From positions 390,763 through 454,762 of the forward strand of contig CAVXPP010000002.1 of the NCBI GenBank assembly GCA_963763795.1: DNA of 64,000 nucleotides, read 5' to 3'. Of the stretch, positions 38,412-48,112 are shown piece after piece. Both the position numbers and the translations under genes were made by a program. The notes below the pieces were generated by a model. It did not search any database. It was given only the letters and a program-made list of their open reading frames with translations, and had not been told where the DNA came from. Source of the stretch: an uncultured Acidobacteriota bacterium (GTDB lineage Bacteria; Acidobacteriota; Terriglobia; Terriglobales; Acidobacteriaceae). Each line of letters opens with the position of its first letter. Position 1 is the stretch's first letter.

Positions 38412-38689
38412 GATTGCGGAATCCTCGCTTCCATGGCAGTGCAGATGAAGGTATCGAGAGAAGCGGGCACACAGAAGTGCCAGCACTGGTTCCAGTTGTG
38501 GAAAACGGGATTAAAACTCGTAGCGCGCGGGTCGTGGGTCTCTTTGAATTTTGGATATCGCTCCTTGATGGTCCTCCCGAACTGCGCGCTTTTCGTGCGA
38601 TGCGGCCTCAAATCTTAAAACGCAGAGTGCGCTGAGAAAATCCGCAGAGGACGCGGTGAGGTGCCGGAAAGCCGCAACTTTTCGCGGGT

Positions 38690-38732
38690 GAGATCCCTCC
38701 CTCCACCTGAAAAGCGGCCCATGTCGGGATGA
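38690..38732 (-). repeat. REP-like element family A variant (inverted copy of 12746..12787)
   Basis: The reverse complement reads gtcatcccgacatgggccgcttttcaggtggagggagggatctc. Confidence 0.65.
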
Positions 38733-38930
38733 CGCCAATCCTGAACAGTTCTGGATTTCAAAGTGCCACTGCGGGCGCGGGTCCAGTTGCCTACCGGGAG
38801 TAGAAAGTTGGCAGGTTTATTTTTTTGAGGGTATTGCGTGAGGGGTAAAAAGATATTGCGTGAGATGTGAAAACTGGGTATCCTTATTCTCAGACAATTC
38901 ACGGCCCGAGTGGGCCGCTAGGGGAATATT

Positions 38931-39008
38931 ATGGAATGGACTGCACCTGCCTTTGAAGAAGTTTGCCTGAACTGCGAAATCAACTCTTACGCCAGCGCGA
39001 AGCTGTAA
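38931..39008 (+). CDS. pqqA: PqqA-like 25-aa peptide (candidate PQQ precursor or related RiPP precursor)
   Basis: ATG preceded by GGGGA. The translation is MEWTAPAFEEVCLNCEINSYASAKL. It has the PqqA layout: W3, P6, and Glu-X3-Tyr (E-INS-Y) near the C-terminus. It is below the 60-aa ORF-track cutoff. Confidence 0.6.
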   Translation: MEWTAPAFEEVCLNCEINSYASAKL

Positions 39009-39103
39009 AGACTTCTTCTTTGTCCGGTTGAGCCGTGCGCGTTCTGTGCGCGGCGTTTCTGACTGCGCTGAATTTGCACGCTTGCACCGCCGCTTCCGCG
39101 GCT

Positions 39104-39130
39104 GGACAGCCGAGGACGGCTGTCCCCACA
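39104..39130. repeat. Hairpin-CCACA element (family C)
   Basis: ggacagccg-agg-acggctgtcc followed by ccaca. Confidence 0.6.
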
Positions 39131-39193
39131 AAAATCTCTTTCCATAAAAATCTCTTTCCATTTTTCTCTGCGTAGTTTGCTAGAAGCTGACGA

Positions 39194-40762
39194 TTATCCG
39201 GCTTGCGCTTCGAGCAAGGTTGCGGCGTGCTCGTGCAGGCCTGCAAAGCGGGCGGGATGAGCGGCGGTGCGATGCAGAGCATCGGCCAAGGCCGTGGGAA
39301 AGCCGGAAGTCAGAAGATTGATATCGATCTGGAGATCACGGGTGGAATAGAGCCGCAAAACGGTCAGCGTCCCGCAACGTTCGCCTTGCGAAGTCAGCAG
39401 ATGAAGTGCGATTCTCCATGCCGTGGAAGAGCTATGGGTTTGCGGCAGGCCCGGCTTGGACCACCGGAAACAGGGTGCACCGCTGCCGTCGTAAGAGTCG
39501 CTGGCTTCGAATGAAAACATCTCTTCGGATAACGGCTCTAACCGCAGTTCGAAGGCGTCGAAGTCATTGCTGCCGAAGGCGACTAGAAGAATCTCGCGGA
39601 CCTGCTCGAAATCCCCGGCGGCCTTCAGATCCTTCACGGCGCGGCGAATGGCCAGGTTGTTGACGAAAATCTGCGGCTGATCGAGAGTGCGTTGCGCAAC
39701 CCGGGCCAATTCGCCGAATTCCAGATAGCCCAGGTGCTGGACTCCCATCCAAATGCCGGTGCCGAGCACCGCGAGCACGAGGCCTAGCGAACTGCCCGTC
39801 GGCCACAGCAGGAACAGGCTTAACATGGCAAACCCGGCCGAAACCCCATAGAGCAAAATCACGACCTGGCGGTGAGAGAGTCCGTGCTGCAAGAGTTTGT
39901 GATGAATATGCTCGCGGTCGGCAGTGAAAACGGGGCGGCCACCGATGAGGCGGCGAAGGATCGAAAGCGAAGTTTCGAGGATGGGCAGGCCGAAAGAAAC
40001 GATGGGGATGGCGACAGCTACGATGGTGGGCGATTTCTCAGTGCCGTAGAGCGCCAGCGCGCTGAGCAGGAAACCGATATATAAGCTGCCCGAGTCGCCG
40101 AGAAAGATGGTAGCGGGATTGAAATTATAGCGCAGAAATCCGATGATCGCGCCAGCCAGCGCGATGGTCATTACTTCCACGAGAGTGGGCCCGTGAAATA
40201 GGGCAACGACGAATGCGACCATGGTGGAGAACAGGGCGCATCCGGCCGCCAAGCCATCGAGGCCGTCGATCAGATTGAAAGCGTTGGTAATGGCGAGCAC
40301 CCAGAGGACCGTGCAGAGCAGGCCGACGTACCAGGGCAAGACACGCAGACCGAAAATCACGGGAATGTGGATGATGCGCAGGCCGCCCGCATACAGCATG
40401 GTGGCGGCAATTCCCTGGACGGTGAACTTGAAGTAGGGTCCCGCGCCTCGCAGATCGTCGTATACCCCCAGCAAGAAGACGAGGGATGCGGGCACCGCGA
40501 TCGTGACGAGAGTGGAGAGGAACGCGGAAGAATGGGACTGAGGATGGCGCAGGCCCCAGATCGCGATCACGCCCATACATAAAGAGGAGCTAAGGAAGAT
40601 CGCGACTCCGCCCAGACGGGGCAATGGAGTGGAGTGAAGATGCCGCTCGTGAGTAGGAACGGCAACCCAACCATGCGCGTTCGCGAAGTCGCGCACGAAT
40701 CGCGTCAAAATAACGGCCGACAACAGGGCCAGGAAAAACGTACCGAGAAAAATCCCTGTCAA
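39194..40762 (-). CDS. Glycosyltransferase family 4 polyprenyl-phosphate sugar-1-phosphate transferase (WecA/MraY family) with about 170-aa C-terminal extension
   Basis: Multi-TM. Motifs NAFNLIDGLDGLAAG, LGDSGSL and HIHHKL. The soluble C-terminal domain is of unknown function. Confidence 0.85.
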   Translation of the reverse strand: MTGIFLGTFFLALLSAVILTRFVRDFANAHGWVAVPTHERHLHSTPLPRLGGVAIFLSSSLCMGVIAIWGLRHPQSHSSAFLSTLVTIAVPASLVFLLGVYDDLRGAGPYFKFTVQGIAATMLYAGGLRIIHIPVIFGLRVLPWYVGLLCTVLWVLAITNAFNLIDGLDGLAAGCALFSTMVAFVVALFHGPTLVEVMTIALAGAIIGFLRYNFNPATIFLGDSGSLYIGFLLSALALYGTEKSPTIVAVAIPIVSFGLPILETSLSILRRLIGGRPVFTADREHIHHKLLQHGLSHRQVVILLYGVSAGFAMLSLFLLWPTGSSLGLVLAVLGTGIWMGVQHLGYLEFGELARVAQRTLDQPQIFVNNLAIRRAVKDLKAAGDFEQVREILLVAFGSNDFDAFELRLEPLSEEMFSFEASDSYDGSGAPCFRWSKPGLPQTHSSSTAWRIALHLLTSQGERCGTLTVLRLYSTRDLQIDINLLTSGFPTALADALHRTAAHPARFAGLHEHAATLLEAQAG

Positions 40763-41029
40763 ACTACGTCACCCTCGTTCGGTGGAGTGCGCTTATCCCG
40801 CGCCGCTTCCATACGTAATGGAAGTATTGCAGCCACGGCCAGAGCTTGGTAGTGAGTGAATAGATTCCTACAACTTTTGAGTGAGTGAACTCTAACAGCG
40901 GAGAAGTTGACAGGCAATGCAACTCATCAAAAAACCTGTGGAAAATTAAGCAATCGAAGTTACGAGAGTAAGCCGTAGGTGCGATGGCGATCTTTGAGTG
41001 TGAGTCAGTTTACTTCGGCTGTGTGCCCA

Positions 41030-41077
41030 GGAGATCCCTCGGTCCCGCTGGGTGAAAACGCGGGACTTTCGGGATGA
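41030..41077 (-). repeat. REP-like element family A variant
   Basis: gagatccctcggtcccgctgggtgaaaacgcgggactttcgggatgac. Confidence 0.55.
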
Positions 41078-41128
41078 CCCCTTTCAAGATTTTCGTGCTA
41101 TGGGAATGAATCGCGGAAGTGTAGATCT

Positions 41129-41953
41129 TCACGGCAAGAACGTTTTCATGCAGAAGCAACTTCCGCCCGCCTTTTCGAACTCGGAGGTCTCGACCAGCAC
41201 GGGGGTCAATCCTTCCTGAAGAAGAATGCTTTCGAGTTGCCGGGTTAAATGGGGAGTAATGTAGCGGCCGTTGACCGCGATTCCGTTTCCCATGAAGTGA
41301 TGCGCCTCGTTGGCGTCGAGAAGGTGAACCCGCTGCCAGTTTTGGTGAAGGGCTGCGAGCGAATCGGCGGGAAAGGCTCCGGCGAAGATCAGCGCGGCCT
41401 CGTTATTGAGCGGGCACAGGCAGGTGTCGAGGTGATAGCAATAAGCGTCGATCAAGTGCAAGGGGACGACGGGGACACTCATTTCGGCCATGGCTGCAGC
41501 AAATTTATCGACTCCGCCGGGAGTGCTGCGGAAACCGAATCCGGCGTAGATGCGTGACCCATCGGGATGCCACAGGAGGTCGCCGTGGCCCTCGAGAAAA
41601 TCTTCGCCGAAATCGATTTTGATGATGCGATAGTCGCGCGCGCGACACCAGTCTTCATAGAAAGAAACTTCGCGCTGGCGGGACGGATAGACCATGCGGC
41701 TGGGAACAATAAATTTCCCATATCCGGATTTCTCACCAGCAAATATCTGATTGGCCGCAAAGACCATGTCCTCGAGACCTTCGACGGGATCGATGGTTTC
41801 GATTGCGCATCCATTCTGTTGCAAAACGTTACAGAGATTCTCCCACTGAGTGCGCGCTTTCGCGCGGTCCACTGCGTGCTCGCGCAACATGTACGGATTT
41901 TTCTGATCGACCACATCGAAATAATTCGGTGGACACATCAGCACTGTCGGCAT
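41129..41953 (-). CDS. Amidinotransferase / dimethylarginine dimethylaminohydrolase-superfamily (guanidino-group-modifying) enzyme
   Basis: PTVLMCPPNYFDV start and C-terminal nucleophile context AGGSCFCM. Start taken at the MPTV codon. Confidence 0.65.
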   Translation of the reverse strand: MPTVLMCPPNYFDVVDQKNPYMLREHAVDRAKARTQWENLCNVLQQNGCAIETIDPVEGLEDMVFAANQIFAGEKSGYGKFIVPSRMVYPSRQREVSFYEDWCRARDYRIIKIDFGEDFLEGHGDLLWHPDGSRIYAGFGFRSTPGGVDKFAAAMAEMSVPVVPLHLIDAYCYHLDTCLCPLNNEAALIFAGAFPADSLAALHQNWQRVHLLDANEAHHFMGNGIAVNGRYITPHLTRQLESILLQEGLTPVLVETSEFEKAGGSCFCMKTFLP

Positions 41954-42159
41954 AAAGAGATGGTAGCGGTCGCGATGCGGCGGAAGCAAGCCGACGGCGA
42001 CGTGCTATCGGCACAGGCTGCCGAATTGTCGGCAAATTTACGCGCCGGCGGTTCGTCTTTGCTGATTCGGAACGTCGAATCGTGGGAAGCGCCTTAGATG
42101 CTGGATGGCGTATAAAGTGCTGGCCAATCGGCATCCACCGAGAAGTTAGGAAGAAACTT

Positions 42160-42456
42160 ATGCTCAGCCGCTGCGCGAATTCGAAATGTGCCAAGCCGTT
42201 CCTCAAACTGAGAGAGGGCAAGTTGTTTCTAGTGGAAACGGAGCGGTTGATGAAGCCGGGTGAGTCGGCTGCACCGCCGTTTATTCGGGCCCGGCGACAG
42301 CAACGACTGGTGGAGCATTATTGGCTGTGCGATGACTGCGCGGCGCACTACACTCTGATCTATGATCGGGAACACGGCGGAGTTGAACTGTCTGCGTTGC
42401 GACGCCCGGCAGAGAGCGTAGCAATTGCTGCTGCCGTCGGCAGTGAAGTCGCGTAG
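42160..42456 (+). CDS. Small Cys-rich (zinc-ribbon-like) hypothetical protein
   Basis: AGGAAG Shine-Dalgarno 7 nt upstream. CANSKC ... CDDC pairs. 98 aa. Confidence 0.55.
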   Translation: MLSRCANSKCAKPFLKLREGKLFLVETERLMKPGESAAPPFIRARRQQRLVEHYWLCDDCAAHYTLIYDREHGGVELSALRRPAESVAIAAAVGSEVA

Positions 42457-42476
42457 GCAAGTTCCGGCTAAAGCGC

Positions 42477-43562
42477 TCATTCGTATCCCTGTTTTTTCCA
42501 CGCCTTCCAATCCGCACGAACCGCCTTGAGCATTGCTTCCGTTGCCTGGTGCAGCCACTTCCCTTTTTGCTTCTTCATGTGAGCGAGGATCGGCTTGCGG
42601 GCGGTCTGGGTGCCGAGATGGATATTGGCCGTTTCAAATCCCATCGCGGTGAGCAAACGCATCTCCTCGCCATGAGCTTTCAGTGTGGCTAGTTCGATGC
42701 GCGAGCAGTGGGGACTGAGCCGGCGAACGATCCAGCGTCCGCGCAACTGGACAAAAGGATCGGGACAGCGGACAGCCCGGCTGAGAATCGTCTGATAAAG
42801 AATTTCGGAGGGGCCTTTCTCTGCCTCGGCCCAGTAGCAAGCCGAGGAGACGAGGGCTTTGGCTTCGCGGGCAATTCTGCCGCCGTTCCAGTCGGCAATG
42901 GCGACGTAGCGGGCGTGGCCCAGGCTTCCCAGGCCGGCAACGCGATGCGCAACGCGATAATTGAGATCGCGGCTGGGCATCAAGTGCTCGATGGCATCGA
43001 TGGCGCTGATCGGCACGTCGGTCTTTATGGTGGATAGCGCATCCATTTTTGACCAGAAATGCACCGGATCGCGCAGTTCACTTTCGGCGATCTGGCGCAG
43101 CCATTCGTTCTTCTCGCCCAAGACGAAGGGCAGGCCGCCATCGCGCAAACCCTCGCGGTAGCCCTCAAGAATCGAGTCGCAGATGTCCTGCTTATTCAGG
43201 GGGAGATGGCGGGCTTCCGCGGCCAAGTGGGCGCTGACCGCGAGGCGCACGAGGTCGTTAGCGTAGGCGAGAGGATGAGCTTCGTCGAAATCGTTGACAC
43301 CCCAGATCAGGCGGCCCTCGACATCGCGCCAGGTTCCGAAATTTTCTATGTGGAGGTCGCCGACGGCTAGCACGTGCGGCGCTTTCGCCAGATCGGGGCA
43401 AACTTGCGGCCAAATTTGGGCCCAGCGGTAGTAGGTGGCACGCAGAAATGGAAAGACCGCCTCTTTCATGCTGGCACGTTTCAGGCGGAGATCTTTTTTG
43501 ACCAGGTCGGTGCGGTAGCCCAGCCATTCTTCGAAGCGGCGCGTGGCTTTGACAATGTTCAT
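42477..43562 (-). CDS. DUF2252-family protein
   Basis: FLRATYYRW ... VGDLHIENFGTW ... GVNDFDEA are characteristic of DUF2252. Start taken at MNIVKATRRF. Confidence 0.8.
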   Translation of the reverse strand: MNIVKATRRFEEWLGYRTDLVKKDLRLKRASMKEAVFPFLRATYYRWAQIWPQVCPDLAKAPHVLAVGDLHIENFGTWRDVEGRLIWGVNDFDEAHPLAYANDLVRLAVSAHLAAEARHLPLNKQDICDSILEGYREGLRDGGLPFVLGEKNEWLRQIAESELRDPVHFWSKMDALSTIKTDVPISAIDAIEHLMPSRDLNYRVAHRVAGLGSLGHARYVAIADWNGGRIAREAKALVSSACYWAEAEKGPSEILYQTILSRAVRCPDPFVQLRGRWIVRRLSPHCSRIELATLKAHGEEMRLLTAMGFETANIHLGTQTARKPILAHMKKQKGKWLHQATEAMLKAVRADWKAWKKQGYE

Positions 43563-43856
43563 CGCTCCGCAAAGATAGCGACCCGAGGGACCGGAGGTCA
43601 ACGGTGCAGGCGAGGAGTGATGGCATAACAGAATGCGGAAAGACTCATTTTGGCAGCATAAAGCCAACCTCAGGCGCTAAAGCGCCGCCGATTTTAGAGG
43701 ACTTAGCGGCACGACTGAAGTCGTGCCCTTCCCAACACCTATTGGAGGCAGAGTTTTTCAGCAGTTTGTTAAGCGACAATTGCCGGGCGTCGGACAGGGC
43801 TGGTTCACCTTGCGTCCGAACGCCCGGCAATTGCGACCCGAGCGGCAAGCTGTTGG

Positions 43857-44111
43857 TTACTTCTGGAAATAGGCGGCGTTCTTCTCGATAAATTCCTTTT
43901 TTTCTTCCGGAACATCTTCGAGCGCGTGAATCGAGTCGGAGGTGCAGGCGGGAACACAAGCACCGCAGTCGATGCAGCCCTCGGGATCCACATACATCTG
44001 GGTCGCGGCTTCGAAGCCGGGCTCGTCCTGCTTGGGATGGATGCAGTCGGTGGGGCAGACTTCGACGCACAGAGAATCTTTAATGCATGAATCGGAAATT
44101 ACGTAGGCCAT
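43857..44111 (-). CDS. Ferredoxin (3Fe-4S/4Fe-4S, 7Fe-type layout)
   Basis: CIKDSLCVEVCP and CIDCGACVPACT cluster motifs. 84 aa. Confidence 0.9.
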   Translation of the reverse strand: MAYVISDSCIKDSLCVEVCPTDCIHPKQDEPGFEAATQMYVDPEGCIDCGACVPACTSDSIHALEDVPEEKKEFIEKNAAYFQK

Positions 44112-44518
44112 GATGAATCGATCTCCACAGTGAAATGAGCACTTCCGTCTCGCTCAATAAGGAGTGTAAGAAAACGGGAAGGATGTGGGCGGTGATCACA
44201 ATCACAATCGGCTGTGCGCAAGCTGGGTGGCAACCATGCGAGGCAGGATGGAATGGAAGGCGGGGTCAGCTTGATTGCACACGACCTGTCCTAACAGCGC
44301 GGTACACGCCTAGCGTTGATGCCGTCCCGCACAATCGAGTCGACGGCAGGATTTGTGCCATTTCGTGCAGTATTCGCAAAACGGCTTCACGTAGTCCCTC
44401 GAATTTGGCAGGCTTGAGCACTCCCTCTGAAGCAAAATCCCGATTGCGCTGCGAAGCAAATAGGGGTAGTATCGCTGCCCGTTGTTTGGCCGTCCTTAGG
44501 GAATTGTAAGGAGGAAGT

Positions 44519-45178
44519 ATGCACCGATTATGCATCGCGCTCCTGTTCTTGTTGTTGATCCCAGCCAGTGCCTTGGCGGACATTACTGATACCATCGGTC
44601 AGATCGGTCTTTTCTACGAGCCGTCGGCATCCGCTTCCCAGATCGGTATATATTCGCCACAGTTGTATGATAATTTGCTGCCGGGAGGCGGGATCTATAG
44701 CGGCACGTTTACGAATGCCATTTCGTCATTGACGTGCCTCAATGCAGCCTGTACGAAATTAAGCGTTAACTTGGACATATCCGGAATCTCCCTGAACAAT
44801 GTGGAATTTCAGGGTCATATTTACCCTGTCATATATTTCTCGGGCACTTTGGTTTTCGCGGGTACATTGGTTGAGTATGAAGGGGGGGTATATGGATGCC
44901 CTGGTGTAGGAATTTGTTTTACGGGCGAGTCTGCCGTGTCGGGGGACCTCACGGCGTGTCTCGATCCTGCTTGCAGCACGCAGTTGTTTCAGCTGGATGT
45001 TGATCCCAATATGCGGGCCTTGAGTACGGTTCACGTCGTGTTTGATTCAAATGGGAAAGGCGTTTTGGAGTCAGCGAGGTTCGTGAATCCGGAACCGGCC
45101 ACTCTGCTTCTATTCGCCACTGGCTTAGCGGGAATTGGATGGCGTAAGGTCCGTGCTGTTCGGACAGCCAACCGCTGA
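44519..45178 (+). CDS. PEP-CTERM sorting-domain secreted protein
   Basis: Signal peptide. The C-terminus PEPATLLLFATGLAGIGWRKVR is a PEP motif plus TM helix plus basic tail. The gene is visibly more AT-rich than its neighbours. Confidence 0.8.
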   Translation: MHRLCIALLFLLLIPASALADITDTIGQIGLFYEPSASASQIGIYSPQLYDNLLPGGGIYSGTFTNAISSLTCLNAACTKLSVNLDISGISLNNVEFQGHIYPVIYFSGTLVFAGTLVEYEGGVYGCPGVGICFTGESAVSGDLTACLDPACSTQLFQLDVDPNMRALSTVHVVFDSNGKGVLESARFVNPEPATLLLFATGLAGIGWRKVRAVRTANR

Positions 45179-45402
45179 CCTGTACGTCGTGGCAGCTGGC
45201 ATGAGCCTCTGCCAAGCAATGTTCAACCTCGACGCGTGTAAATGTATGAAAGTAGGGGCTAACCGGAATAAACCACCAGATCTTGGTAAAGCCACTCTCC
45301 AAGTGGGATAGATCGAAGCCGGTATAAACATCCGGAGTCGCCCTCGCGCACCGTTCCCGTGCCTACCTCAGATTACATTCCGGTTGCGAAATCACGTTGA
45401 TC

Positions 45403-45418
45403 TGTGACGACGGTCACA
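45403..45418. promoter_or_regulatory. Perfect CRP/FNR-type palindrome TGTGA-N6-TCACA
   Basis: tgtgacgacggtcaca in a 710-nt non-coding gap. Confidence 0.3.
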
Positions 45419-45888
45419 GAAATGGACGGGCAACAAGGCTTAAATAGGCACAATTGAACTAGGCCTTCTAGTCATAGGATCGCCCGGCTCCACCCACAGA
45501 ACCCCACAAGCCGTTTCCCCAGACGGCGGGAGCCGGGCGCTTGAAGGCTTAGAAAAGTCTTCCGGCCCCCAACTCCAGCTTGATAGCAGAACGGCCTATC
45601 CCCAGCGGCTAAAGCCGGCCATTTGCTTGCGCTTTGGCACGCCTGAAGGCATGCCCTGATACAAATCTTCGCGGACTGCACCACTACCTAACGATTCCCG
45701 TTCTTTCATCCGTTCAAATGTTCGATTCCTCCGCGTCAGTTCCCGTGTGGGCGGGGAGACACATTGTGGCCGCCGGACCACGGCAGGTGATCCCTAAAAG
45801 CTAGATCAAGCGTCGCATTTTCAATGAGATACAGTTTGGTCTTCCTGCTGCCCCTGGGAATGTGTTGCTGCTTCTACCGGGGGACGAG

Positions 45889-46482
45889 ATGAACAACACC
45901 CGCAGGACGATCAAGGCCGAAACTCTAGTTCTTCTTACTCTCCTGAGTTTCGCAGTCGTGGATGTGGCCGTGGCGCAGGATGCTCAGTCGGCAAGTCAGC
46001 CTGTTCGCCGGCTGGTAATGGTCAGCATCGCAGATCGCCAACTGGCGGTGATCGACGGCGAAAACGTGATCGCGAAATTCGCGGTCGCCGTGGGAGCGGC
46101 GGACAGTCCCAGCCCGGTCGGGCAATTCCAAATCGTGAACCGCGTCTCCAATCCAACTTACTACCACCCCGGTTCGGTGATCCCGAGCGGCAAAGACAAT
46201 CCTGTCGGAACACGGTGGGTGGGGCTCAGCCACAAAGGCTACGGCATTCATGGGACGAATGTGCCGCGATCGATTGGGCACGCCGCGTCGCACGGATGCA
46301 TACGGCTGCGCAATCGCGATATGGAGCGGCTGTTCACCCTGCTGCGAGTCGGCGATGTAGTAGAGATCCACGGCGAGCGCGACGAGCAGGTCGCGCACGT
46401 TTTCGGGGGCGCGGCGAATCCGACGATGGTCGCGGATGCGCAAGCCGCGGCACAATCCGCAACGCAGGCAAGCGGGCAATAA
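45889..46482 (+). CDS. L,D-transpeptidase (YkuD domain)
   Basis: HKGYGIHGT ... SHGCIRL catalytic motif. N-terminal signal/anchor. Confidence 0.85.
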   Translation: MNNTRRTIKAETLVLLTLLSFAVVDVAVAQDAQSASQPVRRLVMVSIADRQLAVIDGENVIAKFAVAVGAADSPSPVGQFQIVNRVSNPTYYHPGSVIPSGKDNPVGTRWVGLSHKGYGIHGTNVPRSIGHAASHGCIRLRNRDMERLFTLLRVGDVVEIHGERDEQVAHVFGGAANPTMVADAQAAAQSATQASGQ

Positions 46483-46510
46483 CGAAGGAACGAATTCTCA
46501 GGAGGACATT

Positions 46511-46675
46511 ATGCAAATCGCAATCACATTCATGGCAGTCGTGGCGGGAATGGTCTTTTCGCTGGGCGTGGCACTGCTGGCGGAAGAACTGATTTTCGGA
46601 CAAGTGTTCCGGCTGTTCTTTCCTCAGCAGGCGGCCCGGCAGACGGAGCAAGTGAAATCAGGGCAGAAGCGCTGA
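46511..46675 (+). CDS. Small single-pass membrane protein
   Basis: Strong AGGAGG Shine-Dalgarno 7 nt upstream. MQIAITFMAVVAGMVFSLGVALLAEE is hydrophobic. Lies 19 nt upstream of the SPFH gene. Confidence 0.5.
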   Translation: MQIAITFMAVVAGMVFSLGVALLAEELIFGQVFRLFFPQQAARQTEQVKSGQKR

Positions 46676-46694
46676 GGCGCAAAGGAGAACGGTT

Positions 46695-48014
46695 ATGTTG
46701 GCACTGAAGTACTTGTTGATGACTGGCGGGTTCGCGTTGATGCTGGCGGCTCTCGGCATCCTGGGCTATGACTTGTATCGGGAGATTTTATACCGGCGAG
46801 CGCTGTCGACGCCGGGAGCGACGGCGCCGGCGGAACCGGAGTGGCGCTGGCGTACTTCTCTGACGCTGGCGTTTCTGGCCTGGGGACCAATTTTGCTGGC
46901 GCTCAGCATTGTGGTGGTTCCGAGCGGGACGGCGGGAGTTCGCGTGAGCCAGACCAGTGGCACGCTGCCGGGAACGCTTTATCCGGGCGTGCATTTTGTG
47001 ACTCCGCTGGTAGAGGACGTTGCGTTGTTTGACACGCGCGATCAGGTCTTCACGACTGGGATTTCGGAAGATGGAAAAAACGCGGCGGCAAACGTCTCTG
47101 CAAAGTCGCAATGGCTCGATGTGCAGGCGAAGGAAGGACTGACACTGGGCCTCGCGATCACGGTTCGCTACCGGCTCGATCCGAAAAAACTGGATTACAT
47201 TCAGAGCAACTTGCCGCGTCCGGTGGAAAAGGAGATCGTGCCGCCGGTCGTGGCCAGTGTGTGGCGCGAACTGGTTCCCAACTACACGGTTCGTGATGTG
47301 TTCTCGGCGAAGCGCGAGGAGGTTCGGCAGCGCGCCGCCGGCATGATCACACAGAAACTGGCTGCGGATGGAATCGTGGTGAAGGAAGTGATGCTGCGGG
47401 ATATCCAGTTGCCCGAGGAGTACGCGAAGGGGCTCGAAACGCTGCTGCTCAAAGAGCAAGAAAACGATCGCATGAGCGTGGAGACGGAATTGAAGCAGAA
47501 GCAGGTGAAGATCGCGGAACTGGAGGCGGAAGCGAACAAGGTACAGCAAGTGAAGCAGGCGGAAGGCGAGGCGCAGGTGCACGTTCTGCAGGCCAAGGGC
47601 GAAGCCGACGCCATGCAATACACTCTGCCGCTGAAGGAAAAACAGATTCAGCAGAGCAAACTGGAAGCGGAAGCGCGCAAGGAAGCGACGATTCAGAATG
47701 CCGAAGCAGCGGCGCAGGCTAAAGTGATCGACAGCAAGGCGGAGACCGAACGGCGCAAGATGCTGGCGGAGGCTGAGGCTGACCGCATTCGGGTCACCGC
47801 CGCGGCCGATGCCGTGCGCATGCAAAGTGAAGCCGCGATCCTGAAACAGAATCCGCTGTTGATCAACAAGATTGTGGCGGAACGGCTGTCGGACAAACTG
47901 CAGATCATGATGGTCCCAGCTGACGGAAAGTTTTTTATGAATGATGTGCTCCGCAGCATGAACGTGGGAAGCCAGGCGAGCCAGGCCGAACAGGCGGAAG
48001 AACAACAGAGGTAG
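46695..48014 (+). CDS. SPFH/band-7 (prohibitin/HflKC-like) membrane protein with long coiled-coil tail
   Basis: N-terminal TM helices, SPFH core (GVRVSQTSG..., VHFVTPLVEDV, ITVRYRLDP), and an E/A/K/Q-rich C-terminal coiled coil. Confidence 0.85.
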   Translation: MLALKYLLMTGGFALMLAALGILGYDLYREILYRRALSTPGATAPAEPEWRWRTSLTLAFLAWGPILLALSIVVVPSGTAGVRVSQTSGTLPGTLYPGVHFVTPLVEDVALFDTRDQVFTTGISEDGKNAAANVSAKSQWLDVQAKEGLTLGLAITVRYRLDPKKLDYIQSNLPRPVEKEIVPPVVASVWRELVPNYTVRDVFSAKREEVRQRAAGMITQKLAADGIVVKEVMLRDIQLPEEYAKGLETLLLKEQENDRMSVETELKQKQVKIAELEAEANKVQQVKQAEGEAQVHVLQAKGEADAMQYTLPLKEKQIQQSKLEAEARKEATIQNAEAAAQAKVIDSKAETERRKMLAEAEADRIRVTAAADAVRMQSEAAILKQNPLLINKIVAERLSDKLQIMMVPADGKFFMNDVLRSMNVGSQASQAEQAEEQQR

Positions 48015-48112
48015 ATGGCTGGTGCAAAATCAAAATCCACCGTTTCCGGATTCCCGGATTTCCACGGAGGCTTCAGCGGTGTCCAAACAGTACAGAGGGT
48101 GAGAGCGGTCGC

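Noticed and set aside
38817-39161. 114-aa minus-strand ORF overlapping the PqqA-like gene
   Set aside because: Its translation (…WGQPSSAVQPRKRR…) is the read-through of a family C hairpin repeat and AT-rich spacer. It has no start context.
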